Positions 29,333 through 39,449 of a stretch of DNA of 60,497 nt are shown in pieces. The stretch is from Myxococcota bacterium (lineage in GTDB: Bacteria; Myxococcota_A; Bradymonadia; UBA7976; UBA1532): positions 1 to 60,497 of the forward strand of contig JAYZEG010000089.1 in the NCBI GenBank assembly GCA_036337435.1, written 5' to 3'. Below the pieces are notes generated by a model that saw nothing but the letters and a program-made list of their open reading frames with translations, had not been told where the DNA came from and searched no databases. Positions within the stretch are counted from its first letter, which is position 1. Each line of letters starts with the position of its first letter. The position numbers were made by a program, and so were the translations under genes.

Positions 29333-31648
29333 TCAAAATCCAGTGTCTCCGGCATATTCTGCGCCAAACAGGTCCATGTCAATCTTGATTGGACAGGTAA
29401 CGATGGTATTTGGCATATGTTTCTCAAAAAAACGGCTCCGCCGTGCCCATTCTCTCAGTTCGGATTGTTCCGCGGCAAGGCTCGCTAATGTCCTATTTTG
29501 AGCGAGGCTGTCATAGGCCTGAGAGGCCAACTGATAGCAGCCCGATGAGAAGAGCAGCTGGGCGAGCTGAAGACGCGATTCATAGACCAAACCCACAGAT
29601 TTCAAGGTTTGACTTGAGCGTACGAATAGTTCAGCACTGGCTTGTTTCTGACCAAGCGCAAGTCTAGCTCTGGCCATGAGATAGGTCAGTACAGGCCACT
29701 GTCCTGTTTGAACTTCGATGGCTTGTAATTGGGCCAACCTCTCTTTCGGTTTCATCTGACTCCGCAGATAGCGCATGAGTAAACCCGTCGAGTCGGGATG
29801 GGCGAGCGCAGCGGCCTTTACGCTCAATTCTCTCAATCGTGGCCTGGAAAAAACAGTCTCACTAAGCTGCTCGTATCGGCTCCTTGCATTGGTTAGGTCT
29901 CCCAGCGCCACATCCAAATCAACCAGGCGTTCGCTGGCTAGGTTTCTCGCTACGCCTCCAGCCTTATGATCGGTCGCGAGGGCCGCCGCCAGTGTCCGGG
30001 CCGTCTCTAGCTCATTTATCTGAGCTAGGGTATCGATTTGGGCAAGCCGAGCTGATGGATTATTGGGTAGGTGGCCCAAGATCGTATTGAGCGTTGACAG
30101 GGCCTTCCGAGGCTCAACTTGACTTCTCTCTCGCCGATAAATCCGCCAAAGGGATGCGATTTCTCTAGCACAGACACGCCCGAAGATGCTGGGCCTGTCG
30201 AATTTATTGCGTGCCTGTGCCAAGGCGGCTCGAGGGACTGTCATCTTTGCCAGTCGCGCCTTCCATTCATTGAGTAACGGACTGAGCTTCTCCAGGCTGC
30301 CCTCGGCAAATTCACCATCCCGATATGCATTCCATACGCGGTCTGGTCCGTGTGTTTCGTACACATGTCTAACAAATGAACCACAGAGCGTATAGGCAGT
30401 CCCACTGTTCAGCCCATAGAACTTCTGTGGTGACAAGAGGCGGGTGATTTCAGGAGCGATCTTTAATTCATGCATCGCGGCACTCCACTGATGCAGGTCA
30501 AGGCGTCTGATGGGCCAGGTAGCCGCTTCTGCAATACCTTCAATGATTCCCATATTGGGCAATATTTTATGAGTTAGGCTTAGCCGATGTGGAACGCGGC
30601 CATAGACAGCTGCAAATACATGAGCCATCTCGTGCTTGATCGTGGCCAGGCCAAGTCTTGGTTTATCCACGTGAAAAGACCATTGCCAAGGCTTTGCAAT
30701 ACGCGTTCGGCGTGCGCCCATGAGCCACTTTTTCTGTTTTGGGTCAGTGTAGAAATAGACGCTGATTTTCTCGGTAGGTTCACGCAAGAAAAAATGCGTC
30801 AATTCTGTGTAGTAGAATTCCAAATCATACTGGAGGGGGACAATTCGTTGGTCTGACCAGCGAGCCGGGTAGTAAATATTGAAGTTTCCTGTCTCGATAT
30901 GACCACCCAGAGCAGACTGAATATAGGCTTTGTCTCGATGAACCCCTCGTTCTACCGCTGCCAGATGGGTGAACCCAAAAATGGCACACATCGTGAGTGA
31001 GGTTAGCCATCGTTTGCGACCGTGATGTGGCCTACTTGTCCAATGTCTGACCAAAGTTAGGGCGAGCAAAGCGATAGATAAATCTTCGAATCTGGAGACC
31101 CAGAGTCTCTGATCAATCAGGAATACATCGTCATAGAGGGCACCGGGCCAATACCCCAAAAGGGGCGAATAAATATCGACCGGTGGATGGACGACGAATT
31201 TGTAAAGCCCATGGAACACAAATAAGGTCCAGATGCCGATAAACAAACGCATCCCCTTACCCGAGTAAAGGGTTTCACTCGCGAGCCCCCAGAGGAAAGC
31301 GGCCACGCTGCCGAGGACTGGGAATATCAGAAAAAGAACAAGTCCCTCCAGCAGGTTACAGTTCTGCACCCGCAAGGCGTTTAGAAGGATTGGAGCGAGG
31401 GCTGCGAGCCAAATGAGTATTGAAAGGGAGCCTATTACGCGAAGACGACTTACCCAATCTGACGGCCATCTTTCGAAATAGACCCCCAACAAACCGCCTG
31501 CAATGGTCAATGGGATTGACATTGCAAATGCGAATTCGAACGCCAGTAAATTAAATAAAGGGACAAAACATAGGCCCACACTGGCGAGAAAACTCACCCC
31601 AGCCCAAATCAAAAAGGGCCGGATTTTTGCGTTCATGCGAAGACCCAT
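29333..31648 (-). CDS. Integral membrane protein with gluzincin-type (HExxH) peptidase domain and TPR-like C-terminus
   Basis: About 7 N-terminal TM segments, HEMAH followed by EGIAE, then helical repeats. Confidence 0.7.
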   Translation of the reverse strand: MGLRMNAKIRPFLIWAGVSFLASVGLCFVPLFNLLAFEFAFAMSIPLTIAGGLLGVYFERWPSDWVSRLRVIGSLSILIWLAALAPILLNALRVQNCNLLEGLVLFLIFPVLGSVAAFLWGLASETLYSGKGMRLFIGIWTLFVFHGLYKFVVHPPVDIYSPLLGYWPGALYDDVFLIDQRLWVSRFEDLSIALLALTLVRHWTSRPHHGRKRWLTSLTMCAIFGFTHLAAVERGVHRDKAYIQSALGGHIETGNFNIYYPARWSDQRIVPLQYDLEFYYTELTHFFLREPTEKISVYFYTDPKQKKWLMGARRTRIAKPWQWSFHVDKPRLGLATIKHEMAHVFAAVYGRVPHRLSLTHKILPNMGIIEGIAEAATWPIRRLDLHQWSAAMHELKIAPEITRLLSPQKFYGLNSGTAYTLCGSFVRHVYETHGPDRVWNAYRDGEFAEGSLEKLSPLLNEWKARLAKMTVPRAALAQARNKFDRPSIFGRVCAREIASLWRIYRRERSQVEPRKALSTLNTILGHLPNNPSARLAQIDTLAQINELETARTLAAALATDHKAGGVARNLASERLVDLDVALGDLTNARSRYEQLSETVFSRPRLRELSVKAAALAHPDSTGLLMRYLRSQMKPKERLAQLQAIEVQTGQWPVLTYLMARARLALGQKQASAELFVRSSQTLKSVGLVYESRLQLAQLLFSSGCYQLASQAYDSLAQNRTLASLAAEQSELREWARRSRFFEKHMPNTIVTCPIKIDMDLFGAEYAGDTGF

Positions 31649-31696
31649 GTCAAACCCGTCTGGAACTATGAGATCAGATATGAGACTCTAGCTGAC

Positions 31697-32155
31697 ATGG
31701 CGTCTCATTCAAAACGCAAAGCGTCGCGAGCGGATATGGAGGTGAAGGTAACCTATCGCCTTGCCGACCGTGAATATGTGGCGTTTAGTCATGATATATC
31801 GCGGACTGGTATCTTTGTTAAAACACAAGAAGTCCAGGCGGTCGGCACCAAGATGCCCATGGTTCTGAATTTTGCCAATTACCGTGAGGCTGTGAATTTG
31901 GTTGGCATTGTCAAACGGTGCGTTCAAATTGGCGAGCGGCAAGAAGCCGGCATGGGGATTCAGTTTCTATTCGGCGATGAAGAGCAGCGCGCCTCCGTCT
32001 ACCGATTAATCGATCATATGATGGTGGAACACTTGGGGGCGCAGCTCTATGAGCGTTTGACAGACCTTCACACATCGGACACGACAGCCAGTCTCAAGGC
32101 CTATGAAGGTACGATGACAACACTGTCCATGGAAAGCATAGACCTAGACAACTAG
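31697..32155 (+). CDS. PilZ-domain protein (c-di-GMP receptor, myxobacterial TIGR02266-like)
   Basis: RKASR (RxxxR), DISRTG (DxSxxG) and GMGIQF. Confidence 0.85.
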   Translation: MASHSKRKASRADMEVKVTYRLADREYVAFSHDISRTGIFVKTQEVQAVGTKMPMVLNFANYREAVNLVGIVKRCVQIGERQEAGMGIQFLFGDEEQRASVYRLIDHMMVEHLGAQLYERLTDLHTSDTTASLKAYEGTMTTLSMESIDLDN

Positions 32156-32169
32156 GGCGGGGGACTGGT

Positions 32170-32811
32170 CTATTGTCGAACTTGCAGGCGGCCAGTTTGT
32201 GCGTTCATTTCACCACTGACCGCTGGAGGAATGATGCATTCGCCCAAGAAACACCGCTCGATTGGCCCACACATTGAATCGTTTGGTGACCATGTGCCTG
32301 TGCAGTCCCGATCCGTTTGACATGCACCATTTTCGGAATTTGCTAAATTTTGTGGCGGTATGAAATTGAGTTGAGATCCAGCTTTGAGACCGTAGGCGGC
32401 GGCTTGTCCAGCTTTCAATTCCAGGACATAACGCGACGGCGATGAGACAGACCTTGATGTGAGCGTCTCAGGTTGTGCGTTGGTGACGACCCCCACGACC
32501 TGCCAGTTGTCATCGATGAAAATCATGTCCAGAGCCAATAAAGTGTTCTTCATCCAAAAACTTTGAATTCGTGTTTGCGCCATGAAAAAGAGCATGCCCC
32601 AGTCGCCCTGCATTTCGGTCCGACACATAAGCCCACGGCTTATCTCAAAGCGGTCATCGACGACCTCGACATCAATCATTTTCTGCTGAGAATGACCAGC
32701 GTCTCGAACGGAGGGCCCGGTGCGAGACTGAGGGGTTGTACAAGACCATAAGCTGTGCAAGCTCAGCAGCACTAAAAAAGCGGTCGTCCGAGCCATCTGC
32801 TCACTGCTCAT
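32170..32811 (-). CDS. DUF192-family exported protein with Cys-rich C-terminal tail
   Basis: SRGLMCR, GMLF, SFWMKNTLLALDMIFID and YVLELKAG motifs; possible lipobox LWSC. Start inferred at 32811 (or 32796). Confidence 0.85.
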   Translation of the reverse strand: MSSEQMARTTAFLVLLSLHSLWSCTTPQSRTGPSVRDAGHSQQKMIDVEVVDDRFEISRGLMCRTEMQGDWGMLFFMAQTRIQSFWMKNTLLALDMIFIDDNWQVVGVVTNAQPETLTSRSVSSPSRYVLELKAGQAAAYGLKAGSQLNFIPPQNLANSENGACQTDRDCTGTWSPNDSMCGPIERCFLGECIIPPAVSGEMNAQTGRLQVRQ

Positions 32812-33145
32812 TCTGGATGCAAACCTTTGTTGAGCCGAGACTGCCGTCGCAGCTATAGCCCCCGCGGCAATCATCGTTTCCGCTGCAGATGGCCATGCAA
32901 TAGCTCTCTTCATTCTCGAATTCAACGCACGCGGACCCTTCGGGACAGGATTCATCGGCGCATGGGGTCACTGTGCAGTAGCCCCCTCGGCTCGATAGGT
33001 CACAAATACGCCCTTGCCCACAGTCTGCATTACTTGAGCATTCGTCGCCGATTTCAGCACCACAGGCAGCCAAAGTGACTCCGAACAGAAGCACCAGAGC
33101 GATCTTGATGTTTTCTTTATACACAGTCGTGTTCAACCAAAACAT
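32801..33145 (-). CDS. Small Cys-rich lipoprotein
   Basis: Lipobox LAAC followed by IGDECSSNADC...GGYCT...CMAICSGNDDCRGGYSC. Start uncertain. Confidence 0.75.
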   Translation of the reverse strand: MFWLNTTVYKENIKIALVLLFGVTLAACGAEIGDECSSNADCGQGRICDLSSRGGYCTVTPCADESCPEGSACVEFENEESYCMAICSGNDDCRGGYSCDGSLGSTKVCIQNEQ

Positions 33146-33226
33146 GATCCGACGGGAGCGCTGAGTAGCAGACATGAACATATGTCGCAAGCTCAGTAGT
33201 CATCTATCGCACTGGCGATGGCTGGT

Positions 33227-35206
33227 TTAGTTGACTTGTTTGACTCCCATCGCACGCGCCCATCGACGGAGAGCCTGGTCGTCCCTTACGGTGCGGTGAG
33301 AGGGCAACACGTCGAACTGAGAGATGGGTGGGTCGGGCTCCAAGAGCTCCAGTTCATTTTTCTGCTGCTTGATTACCTCAAGAATTTGTTCGCTCACCGC
33401 CTCTTTTTTCCAAAACGCAATGTTGATTTGTCCCAATACGGCACCAGACTCGAGCCGGTCAAGCTGTCTCATCGCTCGCTTTGCAAAACTGATTTCCGCG
33501 TTCTGAAAAGCGGTCTTGCAAGCTAGAAGGTCTGCGTTCAAATCCGACAGCCGCTGCTCTTCTTTAGCGATGACTCGCTTTAGTGTGATTGAAAATCGTT
33601 TCCGATATTGCGTAATGAGGTCATCAAGACCAGGAAGTCGTGCCCGCAGCCGCTCCAAGCTGCGCTTTAACATCGCGACGGAAATTGTACGCTCACCTTC
33701 AGTATGACTCTGCTTTGGATCGAGTCTGTCAATGTGAACTGAGATATGCCGAATGCGTTTTCGAACACGGTCGAGAACTCTCTGACTTTGAGTCACCGCA
33801 GGTAACTGACTTGATTGAGCAATACGACTGAGCGTGCTCAATATCTCCTGAGCTTGCTCCAATTGCAATGCGAGGTGAGTTGTTTCCGGCCTAAGCTTTT
33901 GCCAGATGCGTTTGTCCGGTCCCAAACCAAGCTCTAGCTGTTTATCAGGCACTTGTTTCACCAGTCGACGTAGTGATGCGACATCAGTCTCGGCACGTTC
34001 AAACGCTTGCTTGGACTCTTCAAAAAGTTGCCCTTTGGCTAACAAACGTGCCCTTGCGAGGCTTAATTGCAGCCGGGTGATAGAGCCGGTTGTCGACCTT
34101 GCGTGTATTGAGCGAGCCGCCCACCTATATTCCTTCAGGTGTTCGAGTACTTGGATGTATTCCATTCGGGCTTTATCACTGTCGGTTGTGCCAGGTGGCA
34201 CTCGACGGTAGAAATGGAGTGCCCTTTGATGATTACCGTTGTGCATGGCCAGTCTCGCTAACGTCAGATTAAGACTGGCCCCAACGGCGATGTTTTCTTG
34301 GGCTGCGTCGGATAAAATCTCTGGTTTTACTGTCGTGACTCTGCTGCTTTGGTCATGGTCCATTAGATAGGGTCGTCTCGCTTTAACCGCCAAGGCTTTC
34401 TGTATGCGGTCCCATTCTTTCGCCGCCTTGTAGAAGTGTTCTTCAGCGCCCTTGAAATTGCCCTTCCTTAGGGTAATAACGCCCAAAAAATAAAGAGATT
34501 TGATGTAGAATTGGTCCTGGGCCGTAACGGCTGAAAAGGTCGCTTCAGCCAGGTCTAGCTTGCCTGCTCTGTAGACAGCTCGGCCATAAAGATAATGCAA
34601 TTGGCTGTACATCGTCGACGGTTTAGGATTGGAGGCCATGTAGCGTTGCCAAATGCCATCAAGCCTTGATTGTCGGATGTGCGTTCCATAGAGTCTCATG
34701 GCTTTCAGCAGACGATTCTCAAAAAGTGTCCGTCCGGTACGCGTTTCCTCAACGCTTGTCATAGATGCGTCCGCAGCCGCATGTTGAAACCCCAGCTTGA
34801 CAAAGGTGTCAGCTAAGAGTTCCGCGATCTCGGCACGCAATAAGCGAGACTCAATGCGCTTGCGAGCTTTTAGATCGAGGAGCTGCTGCGCTGCCAAGTG
34901 ATAGCGCTCGCCATAGAAATTCGCGCGGGCTGACGCCAGTTTCTGCTGGACAACAGCCGTTCGAACGGAAAAAAGACCTTCAAGTTGGCTCTTGGCAAAC
35001 GTGAGTTGAGCTGCCGTAGAACGCATATCTTCAATGAGGGTCGAGACGGGGTTTTGTGTCTCTGAATGCGCGTGACAGACCGTGGCAAGTGTCATCGTAC
35101 TCGATATCATTAGGCACAGACGTAACACCTTTGACAAAAACCCCTTCTGACCGACGACCCGGCTTACCAGACGTAGGCGCGACCAAAGCTTACGTGGACT
35201 CACCAA
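33227..35206 (-). CDS. Exported TPR/coiled-coil protein
   Basis: Signal-like segment ending CHA, TPR motifs (YLYGRAVY, SLYFLGVITL, LTLARL) and a coiled-coil C-half. The true start is probably downstream (GTG 35128 or ATG 35110). Confidence 0.7.
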   Translation of the reverse strand: MVSPRKLWSRLRLVSRVVGQKGFLSKVLRLCLMISSTMTLATVCHAHSETQNPVSTLIEDMRSTAAQLTFAKSQLEGLFSVRTAVVQQKLASARANFYGERYHLAAQQLLDLKARKRIESRLLRAEIAELLADTFVKLGFQHAAADASMTSVEETRTGRTLFENRLLKAMRLYGTHIRQSRLDGIWQRYMASNPKPSTMYSQLHYLYGRAVYRAGKLDLAEATFSAVTAQDQFYIKSLYFLGVITLRKGNFKGAEEHFYKAAKEWDRIQKALAVKARRPYLMDHDQSSRVTTVKPEILSDAAQENIAVGASLNLTLARLAMHNGNHQRALHFYRRVPPGTTDSDKARMEYIQVLEHLKEYRWAARSIHARSTTGSITRLQLSLARARLLAKGQLFEESKQAFERAETDVASLRRLVKQVPDKQLELGLGPDKRIWQKLRPETTHLALQLEQAQEILSTLSRIAQSSQLPAVTQSQRVLDRVRKRIRHISVHIDRLDPKQSHTEGERTISVAMLKRSLERLRARLPGLDDLITQYRKRFSITLKRVIAKEEQRLSDLNADLLACKTAFQNAEISFAKRAMRQLDRLESGAVLGQINIAFWKKEAVSEQILEVIKQQKNELELLEPDPPISQFDVLPSHRTVRDDQALRRWARAMGVKQVN

Positions 35207-35317
35207 TCAACAGGCGACCTCGTTATTCACGTGAGGCCGTCGCAGCGTTTCGACGAGTATATTCAGAAAGCGGCTGGCGCGCGAAATTCTGGCATCTTAA
35301 GACGCAGCAGTGAGGCA

Positions 35318-36832
35318 TCAACGCTTGCTCTTCCGTAATTCATGCCCTGGGCCGGTGATTCTGGTGATGTATCGGTCGAAGTTAAATTTTGGCGAATGAT
35401 GATGATTATGGCATGTCTCGCACAGTGCCTTTGGGACGCTGAGTTTGATAGCCGTCGGCTCACCGCCCAACTCGGCATGGATGTGGCCGGGTCCATGGCA
35501 TACTTCACATTGCACTGATTCCAGGTTCTTCGTCTGTCCGAGAACAGACCCACCAGGTTGCTGCCATCCCGTTACATGACAACTGACGCATTCGGCATCG
35601 AAAGTTTTGTCTGCCTTAACCAGGGTCCCCCATGCTTGTGCATGTTTGGTTTTCTGCCAAAATTCGACAGCCTCTGGGTGGCAATCTTCGCATTCCGCTA
35701 TGCCTGCGTATTTGCTCTGACCGTCTTGGACCGCCTTGACCTCGCCAGCACTCGCGAGGTTAAGTGCTTTCAGACTTGCCTTATACGCGTCGACCCGTCG
35801 AGCAATGGTCCGTAACCTAGGCGTCTTTTTCACGACGGGGATAAGCGTGTAATCAATATACCGCCCCGTTGGCTTTTCCAATTTGAGTTCACTCAAAGCG
35901 GTCCGCTGAGACTGAATTCGGTCCCGAATACTCGGCTCACCTGTCTGCATCAACGTGAATTGATTCATTCTGATTTGCCCTTCGATGAGCTGTCGTCGCC
36001 GGTTAAGGTCACTCTTTGGATCGGTCCAAGGCCCCCTGGCCTTTCTGTTTTGGAACACAAGTCGGGCGATGTTTCGGCCTCGATCGCCGTTTTCGACTAA
36101 ATAGCCGCCTTTTATCGGTTGGGTATTCTGCTCTTCTTTTGCTTTGTGGCTCAGAAACCAAAAATCGATTCCAGTCACCTCCGCAGCGAGCCGTTTTAGG
36201 TCGGTTCGGGGCCGAGCGGCGAACGCGACGATCAAATCGGTGCCTTGACGCTGAAGCTGTGTGACCGCTGCTTTTAATGGCTCTTTTGGCTCGAGGGCCG
36301 CCCCGCTTGGTGTTTTAGTTCCACTTCCGACCAAACCAATAAGGCCTATCTTTAACCCAGCGAGTTCGACAATTTGAGGCTGTCCTCCTGGCACATTCAC
36401 CGTTGGATCGGGATGCTTGGCTATGGCTAAATTGTCGAAAAAATCCTGGCCAAACAGCATTTCGTTCTTGGTGTTGATGAATGCGTCGACGCCGAGGGCA
36501 GCAAAGGTTTCGGAGAGAAGCTTGGCCTTGGCTTTTTCTTGAGAAACCCGATGTTCATCAACCTGCTTTTCGAAAAGGTATGGACCGACGATGACCACTG
36601 CAGTGGGCCCCTGTTTCCGTTCCTCTTCGACCAAGTGTGCGAGCCTTGCCAGCCCACCCAAATGGAGGTCCACCGTGCATCCACATGGTTCCACGTAACC
36701 GATGAGTGATGACACCACAAGCAGTCGCGGTGGCCCGTCGCTCGCCCTCGACTCGGACTGGGACCGACTCCCACATGCCGCGCATACACATGCCAGACAA
36801 AGCATGAACCAGCGAGGTATGATAGCCTTCAT
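35318..36832 (-). CDS. Tetraheme c-type cytochrome lipoprotein (c554-like) fused to a UshA/5'-nucleotidase-like domain
   Basis: Lipobox CAAC, GYVEPCGC...LGGLAR N-domain, and four CxxCH motifs (CEDCH, CVSCH, CEVCH, CETCH). Confidence 0.85.
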   Translation of the reverse strand: MKAIIPRWFMLCLACVCAACGSRSQSESRASDGPPRLLVVSSLIGYVEPCGCTVDLHLGGLARLAHLVEEERKQGPTAVVIVGPYLFEKQVDEHRVSQEKAKAKLLSETFAALGVDAFINTKNEMLFGQDFFDNLAIAKHPDPTVNVPGGQPQIVELAGLKIGLIGLVGSGTKTPSGAALEPKEPLKAAVTQLQRQGTDLIVAFAARPRTDLKRLAAEVTGIDFWFLSHKAKEEQNTQPIKGGYLVENGDRGRNIARLVFQNRKARGPWTDPKSDLNRRRQLIEGQIRMNQFTLMQTGEPSIRDRIQSQRTALSELKLEKPTGRYIDYTLIPVVKKTPRLRTIARRVDAYKASLKALNLASAGEVKAVQDGQSKYAGIAECEDCHPEAVEFWQKTKHAQAWGTLVKADKTFDAECVSCHVTGWQQPGGSVLGQTKNLESVQCEVCHGPGHIHAELGGEPTAIKLSVPKALCETCHNHHHSPKFNFDRYITRITGPGHELRKSKR

Positions 36833-37644
36833 TGCACTTTGCCATCGGCCATTAGAATGGGGTCAACAGCCACGCCACGATGCCATATAACCCAGTGTAA
36901 GTGGGGGCCGCTTGCGCGTCCAGTAGACCCAACGCGACCGACTTCCATTCCTTTTTGAACTGCAGACAACATCTCCACATTGATACGGCTCAAATGACAA
37001 TAGTCACTCACGAAATCATCCGCATGTAAAATACTCACAGCCAGGCCGCAGCCATCCGTACGGAATCCAGCCTGAATAATACGACCGTCCGCGCTGGCCA
37101 ACACTGGCGTTCCCGGCTCAGCGACGAAATCAACGCCATTGTGAAAAACAACTTTGGCACTATCGAAGGGATCTTGGCGCATCCCAAAAGTTGATGAAAT
37201 CCGACCTTGAACAATTGGCATGTGAAAGGAGGGAGGCCGGACATCCCTTTGTTGGGCTTTTGGTCTATGATTTGGTCCTAGGCGTTGCTGTGCGATGACA
37301 ACCAGCTCCTCGATTTGTTGATTCAAATGAATCGAGCCTGCATCGCTCTGTGTGCGCTGTAGGTGTTTAAGCTCTGTGAATAGGTTGCGCAGAGTTTTAT
37401 CATCTTGCGGACTCGAGTTAATTCGGGCTCTCAAGTTAACAAGGGTACGACGAAAAACACGCTGGGCTAAGGCACGACGCGATGTATCGAATGGATCCGT
37501 TTCTAAAACGTGTTCCGTCGATATTGTGCAGCCCAGAAGACCCCCAGTCGAACATAGACAGAGATGGAAAAGTATCGTCAGTGAAAAGGGCTGAATCTGG
37601 TGTTGGATGAACCGCATACACTCATCATAGCTGACCCGTCGCAC
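36829..37644 (-). CDS. M23-family metallopeptidase
   Basis: ISSTFGMRQDPF, HNGVD (HxxxD), YCHL, GSTGRASGPHLH (HxH) and VDP. Possible lipobox LLGC; start uncertain. Confidence 0.9.
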   Translation of the reverse strand: MRRVSYDECMRFIQHQIQPFSLTILFHLCLCSTGGLLGCTISTEHVLETDPFDTSRRALAQRVFRRTLVNLRARINSSPQDDKTLRNLFTELKHLQRTQSDAGSIHLNQQIEELVVIAQQRLGPNHRPKAQQRDVRPPSFHMPIVQGRISSTFGMRQDPFDSAKVVFHNGVDFVAEPGTPVLASADGRIIQAGFRTDGCGLAVSILHADDFVSDYCHLSRINVEMLSAVQKGMEVGRVGSTGRASGPHLHWVIWHRGVAVDPILMADGKVQ

Positions 37645-37778
37645 AAGCTTAAATTATTTGACCCATTGGCGCATGTAACCCACCCATCAAACTCGGTTGG
37701 TATCAAGAGTTCAGGTCGAGGCTGGCGTTCAGCCTGGCTTTTCGTTATGAAGGTGCTGGTCCGTAAGGAGAAGGGTTC

Positions 37779-39449
37779 ATGACAACCTGCGGCGTCTGTT
37801 CATTTGAGTTGGAACAAAGATCATCGTTTTGCCCACAATGTGGCGCACGTTTGGACGCGGAGGAGCTGTCTCCAGAGCTTTTGAGTACACAGCGAGGCTT
37901 GCCGCTTCCAAACCTCATCAAGCCGTCGGTCATTCGCACCGATGATCTGGCGAAAACCCAGAGATTGCCGGAACTGCCAGAGACCAACGAGTCATTGCGC
38001 TCGGAGCTTGAACCCGAAAATTCAGGCCTTGCCACGCTGATTGCCGTTCCGGCTGTGTTAGACGATTTCGACGAAGGGCCCAGCCCACCTGCGCCAAATG
38101 CCACCGAATTTGAGACCCCCTTGATGGAGTCAAAACCTGCCGGGGTTCGCCAAGACGATAGCCTTTCCGACCCCGAATGGTCCCAGGGAACGGGCGTTTC
38201 AGATGAGCCTGTGATGAGACAAATGGGTCAGCGTGAAGGCGTCCCGGCACACGGGCTTGGCGGCAGCCAATCGCCCCTTCAGAGGCTGGGTATCGCTCTG
38301 GTCTTCATCGGGGCTACAATTTGTTCCATGGTCTACATAGAAACTGAGACTCAGTTGTCTTTTGGTGAGACAAGTTTAAGTAATGTGGACGGTCTGCTTC
38401 GTCTATCGGTTCCTGTCACGACTCAAGGCCCCGTCGATATCACGTATCCTGGAGGCAGAAAAAGTATTGATGGCCAAGACCACTTATCTTTCGGATTTGA
38501 TGGGGCACAGTTAAAATTGGGTCACCAGCCGATTCGTTTGGATGCGTTTGACGACGACGAGGAAATTCCCGTCAAAGCGGATTTGGCAATTCTGTATCGC
38601 TTGAGAGTCGTTTCTTTTTCTGAGCGTACTTTGGAGATGCAACTGGACCTGGCCCCCGATGTTTCGGTTCAAGTAGAGCGTGGTCAGTTACGCTCCATCG
38701 ATAAGCAGACATTCCGATGGATCTTAGAACTCACAGACGAAGACATGAAGCAGCGCACTATCGGACCATCGCTCACTCTTAAAACCAAATATGCCGGAAC
38801 GCACACGCTTCAAGAGACAATCGATATTCCCGCCCTCTACGTGCCCGTTTCCATTCTGAGTCCAACACCCGGATTCATACATACGAACAAGCGTATCGCG
38901 ATTCTGGGTAACACACTGCCTGATGCTTTGATTGAGTACGGTTCCGATAAAACCGTGCGGGCCAGTAAAAAAGGAGAGTTTCGTTTCGAGATAGACTCTG
39001 ATTCAACCCGCGGTGACGTGGTGTTAAGCATCTCTTCAGAGGGTCTGCGAACAGCACGGGTTAACGTATCCTACACAGCCTTGACCGGGGCTGATCGACG
39101 GGCGTCACTGAAGCGATTACAGGCTACTTTTAATCGTCTGAAACAAGGGGCGACCAGGGTGGACGGCCCCATCGTTTTAAAGGAGACCTTGCAAAAAAAT
39201 ACCGTGAGTTTTTCTGGTCTTTTGATCGCTCGACACCGGACCGGTAATGACTCTCAAGCACTGATCGTTAATCCTTGCTCAGGTAAGAAACGCTGCCCTG
39301 TTTGGGTTGATTATGATGGTCTTGATTTTTCTAAGCTCGGTCGGAAAGTAAGCCTGGTCGGGCGTATACTCGGCACGCGGACTTACGCAGCTCTGGATGG
39401 CCAATCAAGGAGAGTTCCTCGGGTCTTAGCCGAGGTGGTTGTGCCATGA
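37779..39449 (+). CDS. Zinc-ribbon membrane protein of unknown function
   Basis: CGVC...FCPQCG N-terminus, acidic/Pro linker, one TM (LGIALVFIGATICSMVYI) and a beta-rich extracytoplasmic region. Confidence 0.7.
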   Translation: MTTCGVCSFELEQRSSFCPQCGARLDAEELSPELLSTQRGLPLPNLIKPSVIRTDDLAKTQRLPELPETNESLRSELEPENSGLATLIAVPAVLDDFDEGPSPPAPNATEFETPLMESKPAGVRQDDSLSDPEWSQGTGVSDEPVMRQMGQREGVPAHGLGGSQSPLQRLGIALVFIGATICSMVYIETETQLSFGETSLSNVDGLLRLSVPVTTQGPVDITYPGGRKSIDGQDHLSFGFDGAQLKLGHQPIRLDAFDDDEEIPVKADLAILYRLRVVSFSERTLEMQLDLAPDVSVQVERGQLRSIDKQTFRWILELTDEDMKQRTIGPSLTLKTKYAGTHTLQETIDIPALYVPVSILSPTPGFIHTNKRIAILGNTLPDALIEYGSDKTVRASKKGEFRFEIDSDSTRGDVVLSISSEGLRTARVNVSYTALTGADRRASLKRLQATFNRLKQGATRVDGPIVLKETLQKNTVSFSGLLIARHRTGNDSQALIVNPCSGKKRCPVWVDYDGLDFSKLGRKVSLVGRILGTRTYAALDGQSRRVPRVLAEVVVP

